A DNA stretch of 64,000 nt from positions 28,752-92,751 of the IMG/VR virus record IMGVR_UViG_3300031867_000027, one strand, 5' to 3'. A program made the translations under genes and the position numbers. The notes under the pieces were generated by a model. That model made no database searches. It had not been told where the DNA came from and saw only the letters and a list, made by a program, of their open reading frames with translations. The stretch is from a virus. Lineage: Duplodnaviria > Caudoviricetes. This document shows positions 8,859 through 18,007 of the stretch, one piece after another. Position 1 is the first letter of the stretch. Each line of letters begins with the position of its first letter.

Positions 8859-10826
8859 TTGGCTGAAAAACTGACTATAGGTAGTCTCTTTTCCGGTATA
8901 GGTGGATTTGAGTATGTAGCATCACTATACGGAATAGAGCCTATATGGGCTTCTGAGATTGAAGATGCTCCTATACGTATCACTAAAAGACACTTCCCCA
9001 AGATGAAACATTATGGGGATATTACGAAGATGAATGGTGCAGAGATTGAACCTGTTGATATCATTTCCGGGGGGTCACCCTGTACCGATCTATCCGTGGC
9101 CGGAAAACAAGAAGGTATAAGCCGTAAATGCTCTGCCTGCGGAATGGTTCTCCCATTGAACTTTTCAGAAAATCTGTGTCCTAAATGTGGAGCGGAAATA
9201 GAGTTTACACGCAGCGGTCTGTTTATGGAGCAGATCAGAATAATAAAAGAAATGAGGAAAGCTACAAATGAACGGTTTCCAAAAGTTATTATCTGGGAAA
9301 ATGTTCCCGGAGCTCTCGGATCAAACAACGGAGATGACTTCCAATGTGTCCTCAGCGAATTCGTTGGATTATTTGGAGAAAAACTACCAACGCTTAGACC
9401 TGAGAAGTGGTGTAAAGCAGGGGAGATTGTGGGAGACAACGGTTCCCTCGCTTGGAGAACTCTCGATGCTCAATATTGGGGAGTACCCCAGCGAAGAAAG
9501 AGAATCTACCTTGTCGTCGATCTTACAGGACAACGTGCCGGAGAAATACTATTTAAGTCAGAAAGCTTGCGAAGGCATACTCCGCAGGGCGAAATCCCGT
9601 GGAAAAGAACTTCCGGAGCGGTTAAGAGTAGCATTGGAACAGCAGATAGAACAGGCAAAGCAGAATCCGGAGAAGTAGAATCTTGTGTTGTACTTAATGA
9701 TCAGGGTGGTTCAGTAATGGATGTTACTGAGGGTAAAACCGGAACACTAAGAGCTGAAACTCACGGTCACGCACCTGTGGTAGTAGATGATGTTGATAGA
9801 ACAGTATATGGTATATGCTCTCTTGGATCTAACTGTATGAAGTCAGATAATCCGGATAGCGGATTCTACGAAGCAGATATAATTAAGACTTTGGATACTT
9901 CCGGTGCTAACCCTTCTTGTAATCAGGGTGGCAATGTGATAGTTGAAACTCCGGTGTACTGTATGCAAGGGAACTGCATAGACAGAGGCATTAAATCCGG
10001 TTGTAACGGTAAAGGTTGGGGTGAAGATGTATGCTTTACGTTGACCACAGCTGACCGACACGCTGTAGCTTATAGTGTGTCAGAAAATGGATCACAGGAA
10101 GTACGTATTACAAAAGAAGTAGCAGCTACACTTACAACAGGGGGTGGAAAACCCGGTCAGGGTTATCCTTGCGTGTTAGAAGAGAACGAATCTCAATGCG
10201 GAGCTTTCCTTGGCAAGCAGAGTGATTCTGCAAGAGGTATCGGTTATTCTGAAAAGGTGTCTCCTACTTTAGTTGCTGGAGAACCCCCACAAGTTGCTGA
10301 GTATGATAAGCATAGTATGGCGTTTTCATATCAGATGGGTCCGGGTGTACCATATCTTCCTTGTAGCGATGAACTCTCCCCAACGTTAGTATCGAGTCAA
10401 CATATAGGTGTGCTCATCGACAATCACGGTCAAGATTGTAGATGGAAAGAGTGCAAAGATGGCATATGCCCTACATTATCCGCTAATATGGGTATGGGTG
10501 GTAATAATCAGCCATTATATGTAGAGCCTACTATCGCTGCAAGTAAAGCATCTTTCTTCACAAGAGCATCAGAGAATGATGTAGCGGAATGTTTGGTGGC
10601 TACAGATTACAAAGACCCTCAGATTGTACTTAGGCCTAATAGTATTGTTCGTAGACTTACACCATTGGAGTGTACCAGACTTCAAGGTTTCCCAGACGGT
10701 TGGGTAGATGGTGAATCTGATGCAGCTCAAAACAAAGCATTAGGAAACTCAGTTGCATTACCTTGTGTTGACTATGTGATGAGCGGTGTGGTTGATGTTC
10801 TTGATCCGATAGTAGAGGGTGATTAA
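8859..10826 (+). CDS. C5-cytosine DNA methyltransferase, multi-TRD, with zinc-ribbon insert
   Basis: SLFSGIGG, GGSPC, WENVPG, PQRRKR, about 8 TL-type repeats, RRLTPLEC.RLQGFPD, GNSV. Confidence 0.93.
   Translation: MAEKLTIGSLFSGIGGFEYVASLYGIEPIWASEIEDAPIRITKRHFPKMKHYGDITKMNGAEIEPVDIISGGSPCTDLSVAGKQEGISRKCSACGMVLPLNFSENLCPKCGAEIEFTRSGLFMEQIRIIKEMRKATNERFPKVIIWENVPGALGSNNGDDFQCVLSEFVGLFGEKLPTLRPEKWCKAGEIVGDNGSLAWRTLDAQYWGVPQRRKRIYLVVDLTGQRAGEILFKSESLRRHTPQGEIPWKRTSGAVKSSIGTADRTGKAESGEVESCVVLNDQGGSVMDVTEGKTGTLRAETHGHAPVVVDDVDRTVYGICSLGSNCMKSDNPDSGFYEADIIKTLDTSGANPSCNQGGNVIVETPVYCMQGNCIDRGIKSGCNGKGWGEDVCFTLTTADRHAVAYSVSENGSQEVRITKEVAATLTTGGGKPGQGYPCVLEENESQCGAFLGKQSDSARGIGYSEKVSPTLVAGEPPQVAEYDKHSMAFSYQMGPGVPYLPCSDELSPTLVSSQHIGVLIDNHGQDCRWKECKDGICPTLSANMGMGGNNQPLYVEPTIAASKASFFTRASENDVAECLVATDYKDPQIVLRPNSIVRRLTPLECTRLQGFPDGWVDGESDAAQNKALGNSVALPCVDYVMSGVVDVLDPIVEGD
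9268..9678 (+). CDS. overprinted methyltransferase beta subunit (M.EcoHK31I beta-like)
   Basis: Alternative frame within MTase; KMFPE..., EYPSEERESTLSSIL...KYYLSQKACEGILRRA..RGKELP; upstream GAGG RBS. Confidence 0.7.
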   Translation: MNGFQKLLSGKMFPELSDQTTEMTSNVSSANSLDYLEKNYQRLDLRSGVKQGRLWETTVPSLGELSMLNIGEYPSEERESTLSSILQDNVPEKYYLSQKACEGILRRAKSRGKELPERLRVALEQQIEQAKQNPEK

Positions 10827-10827
10827 A

Positions 10828-10869
10828 AATAAGGACCGCAGGCTGAAATCCAGCTTGCGGTCTATTATT
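10828..10869. terminator. bidirectional terminator
   Basis: GACCGCAGGCTG-AAATC-CAGCTTGCGGTC between convergent genes. Confidence 0.7.
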
Positions 10870-12634
10870 ATGTACTGTAGATGGATACATAGTATGTTAA
10901 ATCGAATCTATGATGCCTCTTACGTATGGAATTCCTTTGATAAGAGAATTGTTGTTGTGGAATCATTAGATGTTTAATGGTTTCAGAACAACGATATTCT
11001 TTTCCATAGGTCATTGATGATGTTTCCCCATTTTTAAGTATTATATCTATATTCATTGAGTTATCATTTACAGAGGAGACTTCTATCTTGTATATAGCCT
11101 CCTTGATAAGAGAATCTATACAATCCTTTGATATAAGCTCATCAGCATCACTATGTATCTTTAATATGGTATTTCTTATGTTTTTTACAGATTTCAGCTC
11201 TTGTTCGATTGTTGTATCTGATGATTCATAGACTTGTAATTGTTCTGTCAGAACGCTCAGTGCAGAATCAAGTTCGTTGTTTTTGAGGTTGAAGTCAGCT
11301 TTCGATATATCATCATCCATATACAGGTCTAATAACCTTGCTTTTCTTTCGTGAATTCTTTGGATTTGCTGATTCAGTTTAGAGATTTCAGCTTTGTGAT
11401 CCGGTACAGTCTTTTTGTATAGTTCTATGAATTCATCTATGTATTTGTCCATATTACCAATTAAATTTTTGAACATATCTGAAAGGATGCCGTACAGTTC
11501 CCATTCCATAATGGCAAATGATTTACAAGACTTAGCTCCTGATTTCTTTTTGGAACTGCATACCCACTGATATGTGGTATTTCCTTTTTGAACACTATTA
11601 GAATATGATGTTCTCCAATATGCTGATCCATCTGCGGCACAGTATATTTTTCCAGTCAGCGGTGATCTGTCTTTGAATGATCTGCCGTGATTTTTTATAG
11701 CTTCACTACGTTCTTTGAATATTTTATCACATTTATTCCATAATTCTTCTGGAACAATAGCCGGAACAGTTTCACCGGATTCATCTTTGTAATAAACCCA
11801 TTCTTCTTCCGGAAGGAATTTCTGCTGCTTAGTACGATAGTCAACAATTCTTACCTTATTACCACAATAATATCCCTTATACTTTGGATTCTGCAAGATG
11901 CCGCAGATGGTATTAGGTGATATATCCGTACCACTCCGGCTTTTGTATCCTTTCTCTTTAAGCACATTAGCTATCTTTCGGGTGCTGTAATCTCCGGTAG
12001 CATACAAGCTGTATATCAGCCGTATCATTTCAGCTTCTTTTTCTACGATGGTGAGCTTACAATCCTCTTTATTGTAGCCATACAACCGATTATTACCCAT
12101 CACTCTACCGCTTTCGATAGAGCGTTTCTGCCCCCAATGAACACGCTCTGAGAGCTTTCTGACTTCATCAGCAGCGATACTTGACATTATAGTAAGTCTT
12201 AGTTCGCTATCAGTATCAATAGTGCAGATACCATCATTCTGAAAGTACACACCGACACCGGAACGAAGTAATTCTCTTGTATAGGTAAGGCTGTCTATTG
12301 TGTTTCGTGCAAATCTTGATACTTCTTTTGTAAGTATCAAATCAAACTGACCAGCTTTACCGTCAGCAATCATATTTAAGAAGTTTTCTCTATTACTTGC
12401 TGATTCTCCACGGATTCGGTCAACATATCCATCAACAAAAGTCCAATTAGGATTATTCTGAATCATATCAGTGAAAAACTCAATCTGATGTTCAATAGAT
12501 CCTTCTTGTTCTTCTCTTGTAGTGGATACACGGGCATAAAATGTGACCCTAAGTTCTATATCGTGGATTGTTTTGTGCTGCATTTTTAGCATATTTGCAA
12601 CGCTGTATATATCCATATGTATCATCTCCCACAT
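10868..12634 (-). CDS. large serine recombinase (integrase family)
   Basis: FYARVST catalytic Ser, KEVSRFARN, recombinase domain ILQNPKYKG..PAIV, zinc-ribbon/coiled coil. Confidence 0.93.
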   Translation of the reverse strand: MWEMIHMDIYSVANMLKMQHKTIHDIELRVTFYARVSTTREEQEGSIEHQIEFFTDMIQNNPNWTFVDGYVDRIRGESASNRENFLNMIADGKAGQFDLILTKEVSRFARNTIDSLTYTRELLRSGVGVYFQNDGICTIDTDSELRLTIMSSIAADEVRKLSERVHWGQKRSIESGRVMGNNRLYGYNKEDCKLTIVEKEAEMIRLIYSLYATGDYSTRKIANVLKEKGYKSRSGTDISPNTICGILQNPKYKGYYCGNKVRIVDYRTKQQKFLPEEEWVYYKDESGETVPAIVPEELWNKCDKIFKERSEAIKNHGRSFKDRSPLTGKIYCAADGSAYWRTSYSNSVQKGNTTYQWVCSSKKKSGAKSCKSFAIMEWELYGILSDMFKNLIGNMDKYIDEFIELYKKTVPDHKAEISKLNQQIQRIHERKARLLDLYMDDDISKADFNLKNNELDSALSVLTEQLQVYESSDTTIEQELKSVKNIRNTILKIHSDADELISKDCIDSLIKEAIYKIEVSSVNDNSMNIDIILKNGETSSMTYGKEYRCSETIKHLMIPQQQFSYQRNSIRKRHHRFDLTYYVSIYST

Positions 12635-12637
12635 TAA

Positions 12638-12666
12638 ACTATATCATACCGTTACCGCATTGTCAA
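12638..12666 (-). promoter_or_regulatory. sigmaA-type promoter of recombinase
   Basis: TTGACA-17-TATAGT; spacer contains GTAACGGTA. Confidence 0.7.
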
Positions 12667-12728
12667 TATCTACATAATAATTTTTCTGATTTAGCAATCG
12701 TTATAAGTAGTAGAAGAGGTGATGCTAC

Positions 12729-12860
12729 GTGGATAATATCAAATATATTGTATTCAAATCTTGGGCGAAGGTACTGTTGGATAAGCAGGTTATTACCTTA
12801 GAACAATTCAATGCTCTATGCTTAGAGATTGATTCAGCTCAAAGAGTAAACCGTGGGTGA
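12729..12860 (+). CDS. 43-aa SHOCT-like protein (not in track)
   Basis: GTG start after GAGGTGA; MDNIKYIVFKSWAKVLLDKQVITLEQFNALCLEID; promoter motif at 12695. Confidence 0.55.
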   Translation: MDNIKYIVFKSWAKVLLDKQVITLEQFNALCLEIDSAQRVNRG

Positions 12861-12908
12861 TTAAGCCTACGGTTTTCTTGTTGATAACCTTATATAATAG
12901 AAATTATT

Positions 12909-13148
12909 ATGCTTATAAGGGGGTGCTCTGCCTTGGAGCTGAATATACCTGAGTATGACATCACTGTTGTTCCGGGTAGTGTTATCAGGATCGGAAGATT
13001 TGAACACGAAACTTGGATAGTCGAATATGGTTGGTATTCGTGGGGTGGAAATAGACCTGTATGCGGTTGGTATTTGACTAATTCAATGACCAAATCCGTA
13101 AAACCGTTATACTACACAGATTTAGAAGATACCTATGTGGTTGAGTGA
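12909..13148 (+). CDS. hypothetical late protein
   Basis: ORF directly after AACCTTATATA motif. Confidence 0.6.
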   Translation: MLIRGCSALELNIPEYDITVVPGSVIRIGRFEHETWIVEYGWYSWGGNRPVCGWYLTNSMTKSVKPLYYTDLEDTYVVE

Positions 13149-13159
13149 GAGGTGTACGT

Positions 13160-13384
13160 ATGAGCAATGTAACAATCTATCTGCAAAAACATCTAACTTG
13201 GGAAGGGTCTGTATCTGTTACACACTATGAGATTATAGTTGACAGTGAGTCTGACCTTCCAAGTGATGAGTATTATTTTGGTGCAGATCACAAAATCGCT
13301 ATGGGTAGCATAGCGTGGGTCATAACTGCTTCTGAATTCTATATGTATAACTCATCACATCAATGGATTAAACAGAATACTTAA
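13160..13384 (+). CDS. small virion-associated hypothetical protein
   Basis: GAGGTG RBS; DLP...MGSIAWV...YMYNS..QW. Confidence 0.6.
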   Translation: MSNVTIYLQKHLTWEGSVSVTHYEIIVDSESDLPSDEYYFGADHKIAMGSIAWVITASEFYMYNSSHQWIKQNT

Positions 13385-13401
13385 ATGCAGGAGGGATTTA
13401 T

Positions 13402-13677
13402 ATGGTGGTAAATGTATTAGGTGGTACACTTCCGCAGATTGAGATAGATCAGTATGTTGAAATGCTTAAAACAAAGTATAGTGGTCGAACAATTCAACAG
13501 CTGGATATTACCGTAGATAATGATTTTGTTGACATAAAAACTACCTTAGCACCTCTGCCGTTTTACCGATTAAGAAGGATCACCGGGTATTTGACCAATA
13601 CGTTGGATCGGTGGTGCGATGGTAAGAGGGCAGAAGAGAGAGATAGAGTAAAACACTCAATCGTTGAAATGGAGTGA
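13402..13677 (+). CDS. mini protein carrying only the NrdD C-terminal glycyl-radical motif
   Basis: RLRRITGYL...WCDGKRAEERDRVKH. Confidence 0.75.
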   Translation: MVVNVLGGTLPQIEIDQYVEMLKTKYSGRTIQQLDITVDNDFVDIKTTLAPLPFYRLRRITGYLTNTLDRWCDGKRAEERDRVKHSIVEME

Positions 13678-13684
13678 TTATAAT

Positions 13685-15856
13685 ATGCGAACACTATGGA
13701 ATGAAGGTCGTGTTGTAGGGTTATCCGCATATGAGATATTTGTACGTCATATACTCGGTAAGAATCCGGCTGCTGTAGTTCCTTCTGAGCAAGCGTGGTT
13801 AGCATCTATGCTGTCAAATGGATCATCTATGCTGTTGCAGGTAGGTGTTGATAATATAGATGGCAGCCACTACATTGAAATAGATATGCCTGTTACAAGT
13901 GAGTTGTGGGCGGCCAATACTATTGTAGGCTCATTCTTCTTAGGCACTGGAGCAGGCTCAGGAACTACAACAAGTTGGTGTGACCGTGTAACTGATTACG
14001 GTCCGTTGATTCAGAATGATTCTGAGCATAGCCCGGAAGGTGGTGTGATACCCCCAACAGATAAAGCAGTAAGCATATCTGATACTGTGAGAGATCAGCT
14101 CCGTGAGTATGCCAAAATAATTGATGGTATAGTCATTCAGCCGGGTGAGTGGACAGAGAACTCAACTAAGCCACCACAGAAGGGTCTTACTCCGGATGCA
14201 TCTGTACCTCCGGTACTTAGGATTCTTGTCAATGATAGAATAGAAACACCATTCTATATATTGTTGACCGGATTCTCCTACAGGGGGATATTGGATGGAG
14301 TAATGGATTATACTGCATTCAACCTTAACCCTGAGAATGGTGACTACCTCGGTCCTGTATCTTTCCCTTGGGCGAATAAGATTATATTCTCAGTGCCATC
14401 CGCAGTTATATCTGAATTGAACAATGTAGCTGTTGATGTTGTGGACCTCGCAAATATGTACTTATATAATACAAAGTATATATGGCCTTTCAAGAATCCT
14501 CCGGGAGTTGGTGATTTTACAAAGGCAGATTTGTATGATGTAAAGAGCTTAACAGGTGTACAAGTATTGTCCGGATACGTTTCAGATGAATTCATTGACA
14601 CATTCTGTGTAAGCTATAAGGAAGCTATTGATGCTGATGCCGATGGTAAGATAAGCAGTACAATGCAGATTCAATTAAAGTATATTAGGCAAATAGAACA
14701 GCTGTATGGTACAGCTGTAGCTTCTGATTCGACTAAGTGGATGTACTTCTTCTACTATATTAGGGACTCTCTTGGTGTAAGCAGCCAAGATGGGGCATTC
14801 TGGCCGGTAAATATGGAAACACATCAGGTACTATTCACAACATTCTCTGCACCTCCTGACATAAATACTACAAGAGGATTCAACTTCTCTGGAGAACCGT
14901 ATACTGATTCCGATGTTACAGTACCTTATACGTCAACAGATATTATGGGTACATATTGGAATCAGGACCTTAACCCCGGTGGTACTACTGTCAGTCAACA
15001 TCTTACTGCTCCCGGCGAGTACGTATTTGAGAATCACCCTATTCAGCATTTAGCTATCACAGATTATGAACTATTCAATCAGCCCATAGCAGGTGTTCCC
15101 AAACCTCCGGCATCATATGGTGATGACTTCATAGCGTGGTTGTCAGCTACACCAATATCTAAGGTCTTAGCTTCTACAGAAGCCGCATCAATAGAGATAA
15201 TGGATTCTATGGGAATACACGAATCTTACAGAGCACTTGATGCTGAATCCTTCTTACAATACCTTGCAACAGGTAGAGATATGACACAGCCAATAGATGC
15301 AGATTATTCAACAGCTACTACGGACCGATACTTTTATATATATGATAAAAACACCATATTATCTATAAAAGCACAAGCAGCGTGGCCTGCTACTCCTTAC
15401 CCAGCCTATGCAACAATGAAAGCCAGCTTATCTGTTGCTGACTTCTTTAAGCCTGCTAAAGTATATATTTATAGATCTTCCGATAATGTGGATATTACTA
15501 AGCAGATGACAGATCCCACATTCCATTTGTGGGGAGCAGAAACCAAGGTAAACAAAGATAGTATAACCGCATTAGCTTTAACGGATGAATTCGGTTGTCT
15601 GCTGCCGATGAACGGTGTTCAAGGCACCATTACCGGAGATACCGTTAATTGGGATATGTTGATGACAGCTTTATCTCAGAATAAGTCAGTTGATGTGCTT
15701 AATGGTGCTAAAGTCAGAACTAACTATGTGCAGCTTGGCAACGGTTTGAGATTCTATATATCTGCTACCGAACCTACCGATACCGATGTTCCAGAAGGAT
15801 CAGTAGGCTTAGGTTGGGATGGAGTCAAGATATATACATCCGGTGCTTGGGTATAA
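13685..15856 (+). CDS. large virion structural protein (tail fibre/baseplate-like)
   Basis: GLSAYEI..WLAS N-terminus, acidic Thr/Ser-rich body, C-terminal YISATEPT motif; late operon. Confidence 0.55.
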   Translation: MRTLWNEGRVVGLSAYEIFVRHILGKNPAAVVPSEQAWLASMLSNGSSMLLQVGVDNIDGSHYIEIDMPVTSELWAANTIVGSFFLGTGAGSGTTTSWCDRVTDYGPLIQNDSEHSPEGGVIPPTDKAVSISDTVRDQLREYAKIIDGIVIQPGEWTENSTKPPQKGLTPDASVPPVLRILVNDRIETPFYILLTGFSYRGILDGVMDYTAFNLNPENGDYLGPVSFPWANKIIFSVPSAVISELNNVAVDVVDLANMYLYNTKYIWPFKNPPGVGDFTKADLYDVKSLTGVQVLSGYVSDEFIDTFCVSYKEAIDADADGKISSTMQIQLKYIRQIEQLYGTAVASDSTKWMYFFYYIRDSLGVSSQDGAFWPVNMETHQVLFTTFSAPPDINTTRGFNFSGEPYTDSDVTVPYTSTDIMGTYWNQDLNPGGTTVSQHLTAPGEYVFENHPIQHLAITDYELFNQPIAGVPKPPASYGDDFIAWLSATPISKVLASTEAASIEIMDSMGIHESYRALDAESFLQYLATGRDMTQPIDADYSTATTDRYFYIYDKNTILSIKAQAAWPATPYPAYATMKASLSVADFFKPAKVYIYRSSDNVDITKQMTDPTFHLWGAETKVNKDSITALALTDEFGCLLPMNGVQGTITGDTVNWDMLMTALSQNKSVDVLNGAKVRTNYVQLGNGLRFYISATEPTDTDVPEGSVGLGWDGVKIYTSGAWV

Positions 15857-15866
15857 TTGAGGTGGT

Positions 15867-16394
15867 GTGATGAAAAGATATATTCGTAGAAGCATTGCGG
15901 CTTCCTTGAAGCAGTTAGATGATGGTGGTATACTCCTTACAGATTATGTCGGGGATGTAGTCAATCTGCTCATAAATAAGCCTAAGCCTTACAGATTGTG
16001 CTATCTTGAATATGATGATGTGTGGCTGATAGCAGATGCTATGACATATCTTCACGAGGAAATGATAGAAAAATCCGTAGATGAAGGGTGGCTTCCTAAG
16101 ACATTAGAGTTTATGAGAAAGTATAATGAGGACATCTCGGATATAGATGCTAATAGGTCTGTGAATTTGATTTTTCTGACCGATGAGTGTATGACACAAT
16201 TCGGTAGCTATACAGATCCTTATGCTACAGCCGAGTTTGGGTATGAATATCCGATAACTACAGGTTCATTATTCACAAAATCCAATCTATCAAGTAATTA
16301 TTTGAAACGATCCGCCCCTGAACTATACAACAAGCTTAAAAAATATGCTATATCCGAGAATAGGATAATAGATGATGATACGGCGTGGGATTGA
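15867..16394 (+). CDS. hypothetical protein with MKRYI N-terminus
   Basis: GAGGTGG RBS. Confidence 0.7.
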   Translation: MMKRYIRRSIAASLKQLDDGGILLTDYVGDVVNLLINKPKPYRLCYLEYDDVWLIADAMTYLHEEMIEKSVDEGWLPKTLEFMRKYNEDISDIDANRSVNLIFLTDECMTQFGSYTDPYATAEFGYEYPITTGSLFTKSNLSSNYLKRSAPELYNKLKKYAISENRIIDDDTAWD

Positions 16395-16405
16395 GGTAGA
16401 AGCAT

Positions 16406-16804
16406 ATGAAACGATACATTATATCAGCACAGCAACAACCTACCGGAAGTGCTCTTGTCAATAAGATAGGTATGTATTTATACAAACATTTGGATGGTGC
16501 ATTCAAATATACAAAGGATCGCAACACCTTTGATGTGTATGTTACACTTCTGTATGAGCTCAAAGAGGAATATGGTGGAACTAAGAACGATGTGCAGGAG
16601 ATGACTATAAACATTAGTATTACTACCTATCAGAATAAGATAAGGGTCAACACTATTGAAGTCACTCCAAAAGCTCGTACTTTGGGATTTGATTTATTCC
16701 CCATAGACAAGATGTATGATATGCAGTTGGCGATGGATATAATAAAATGGAAAGTGAGCAAGCGCATTCAGAAAGCTTATGAACATTATATTATCCTATT
16801 CTAA
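16406..16804 (+). CDS. hypothetical protein with MKRYI N-terminus
   Basis: GAGGT RBS. Confidence 0.7.
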   Translation: MKRYIISAQQQPTGSALVNKIGMYLYKHLDGAFKYTKDRNTFDVYVTLLYELKEEYGGTKNDVQEMTINISITTYQNKIRVNTIEVTPKARTLGFDLFPIDKMYDMQLAMDIIKWKVSKRIQKAYEHYIILF

Positions 16805-16860
16805 ATGATAAATAGCCATATCCAATCGTTATTATAGGTAGGATATGGCTATATTTTTCA

Positions 16861-16900
16861 GTTGCAACTTTGTTGCAAGTTTGTTGCAAGTTTGTTGCAA
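16861..16900. repeat. 11-bp tandem repeat (TTTGTTGCAAG), about 3.6 copies
   Basis: Read directly; each unit contains palindrome TTGCAA. Confidence 0.9.
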
Positions 16901-16933
16901 TATATGATTATATTATATAAAGGAGCGCACTAT

Positions 16934-17344
16934 ATGACTGTCGATTTTATATTCCCGGATAACTTAAATCTTGAAGATGAAAGCCTTAAGGATATGGTGT
17001 CAGATGTCAATGCCTTTGTTGCAGAACTACCTGATGATGCTACGCTATTACACCTCAGATTGCCGGATGATATTATGTTTAATGACGCTACAAATAATAG
17101 AATCCGTTGGTATATGAAGGGTATCAGAGAGTTTTTATCTGTAGCAAGACCTAACATTGTCACACTATGTAATCAATTTGATATGACTGCGGATAGTGAA
17201 AACTTCATATCGGCTGACTTTGATGTACCTGATGAATTATCTAAAGATACTCTATTATCCCTATGCTATGAGTTACTATCCATAGTAGATGAATCCGATA
17301 CTATGATTGATACCTCTGTTTCAGAGATAATTTTACCGGACTAA
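16934..17344 (+). CDS. hypothetical acidic protein
   Basis: AAGGAG RBS before ATG 16934. Confidence 0.65.
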   Translation: MTVDFIFPDNLNLEDESLKDMVSDVNAFVAELPDDATLLHLRLPDDIMFNDATNNRIRWYMKGIREFLSVARPNIVTLCNQFDMTADSENFISADFDVPDELSKDTLLSLCYELLSIVDESDTMIDTSVSEIILPD

Positions 17345-17401
17345 AGCGTGGAATCAACCTTATATATATCCGACAGTACAGTAGGTAGGTGAACAGTTCT
17401 T

Positions 17402-18007
17402 ATGATTAAGATGCAGGATTATATTGAAGCTATGCAGTTTATGGGTTTTAAGGCTATAGCTAAAAAGCACTATTCCGCAAGCGTATCAACCGATGTTGGT
17501 GTATGTAGAATCGTGTCAAGCTATAGCAAGAACAGCATCCGATTAATGGTATGTGGCTCAAAGGGTGCATATGTGCGAAATACTGATAATGTAGCTGATG
17601 CAATAGGCATAATTGAATCTTGCTATAATAGATATATGTACTCAATCATTGAGAATGTGACCTTAACAGCATTGTCAGATCGCAAAGCTGTATTAGCTGC
17701 CATTAATACCAAGAACTTAGCAAAGAATCTTGTCCGCTGTAAATCGTCTAATGTATGGGCTTATGGTATGAATATCAAGGACAGAAAAGACAAGACCGGG
17801 GATATGATTATGCAGTTCAAAGATAAGAACGGTGGTCCTTCTGATTTGTACATCTATTTCGATGTGCCTGTGACTTTATATCGTAGGCTGCAATCAGCTC
17901 CATCCGTAGGTCACTTCTTCTGGCAGTACATAAGAAACGTTTATTCTTATAGTAAACTAACTGGAAATAAGAGAGGTGTGTTACCTAATGCCATCAATAA
18001 CTGGTAA
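17402..18007 (+). CDS. KTSC-domain protein
   Basis: C-terminal SSNV..YG...QF...LYIYFDVP..LY..L.SAPSVG.FF..YIR. Confidence 0.7.
   Translation: MIKMQDYIEAMQFMGFKAIAKKHYSASVSTDVGVCRIVSSYSKNSIRLMVCGSKGAYVRNTDNVADAIGIIESCYNRYMYSIIENVTLTALSDRKAVLAAINTKNLAKNLVRCKSSNVWAYGMNIKDRKDKTGDMIMQFKDKNGGPSDLYIYFDVPVTLYRRLQSAPSVGHFFWQYIRNVYSYSKLTGNKRGVLPNAINNW

Noticed and set aside
13402-13677. Complete anaerobic ribonucleotide reductase nrdD
   Set aside because: Only 91 aa; the catalytic barrel is absent from the window.
16790-16804. HYIILF end of 16406 gene as another LF tail
   Set aside because: Lacks the basic residues and linker, and the gene lies in a late virion operon; probably coincidental.
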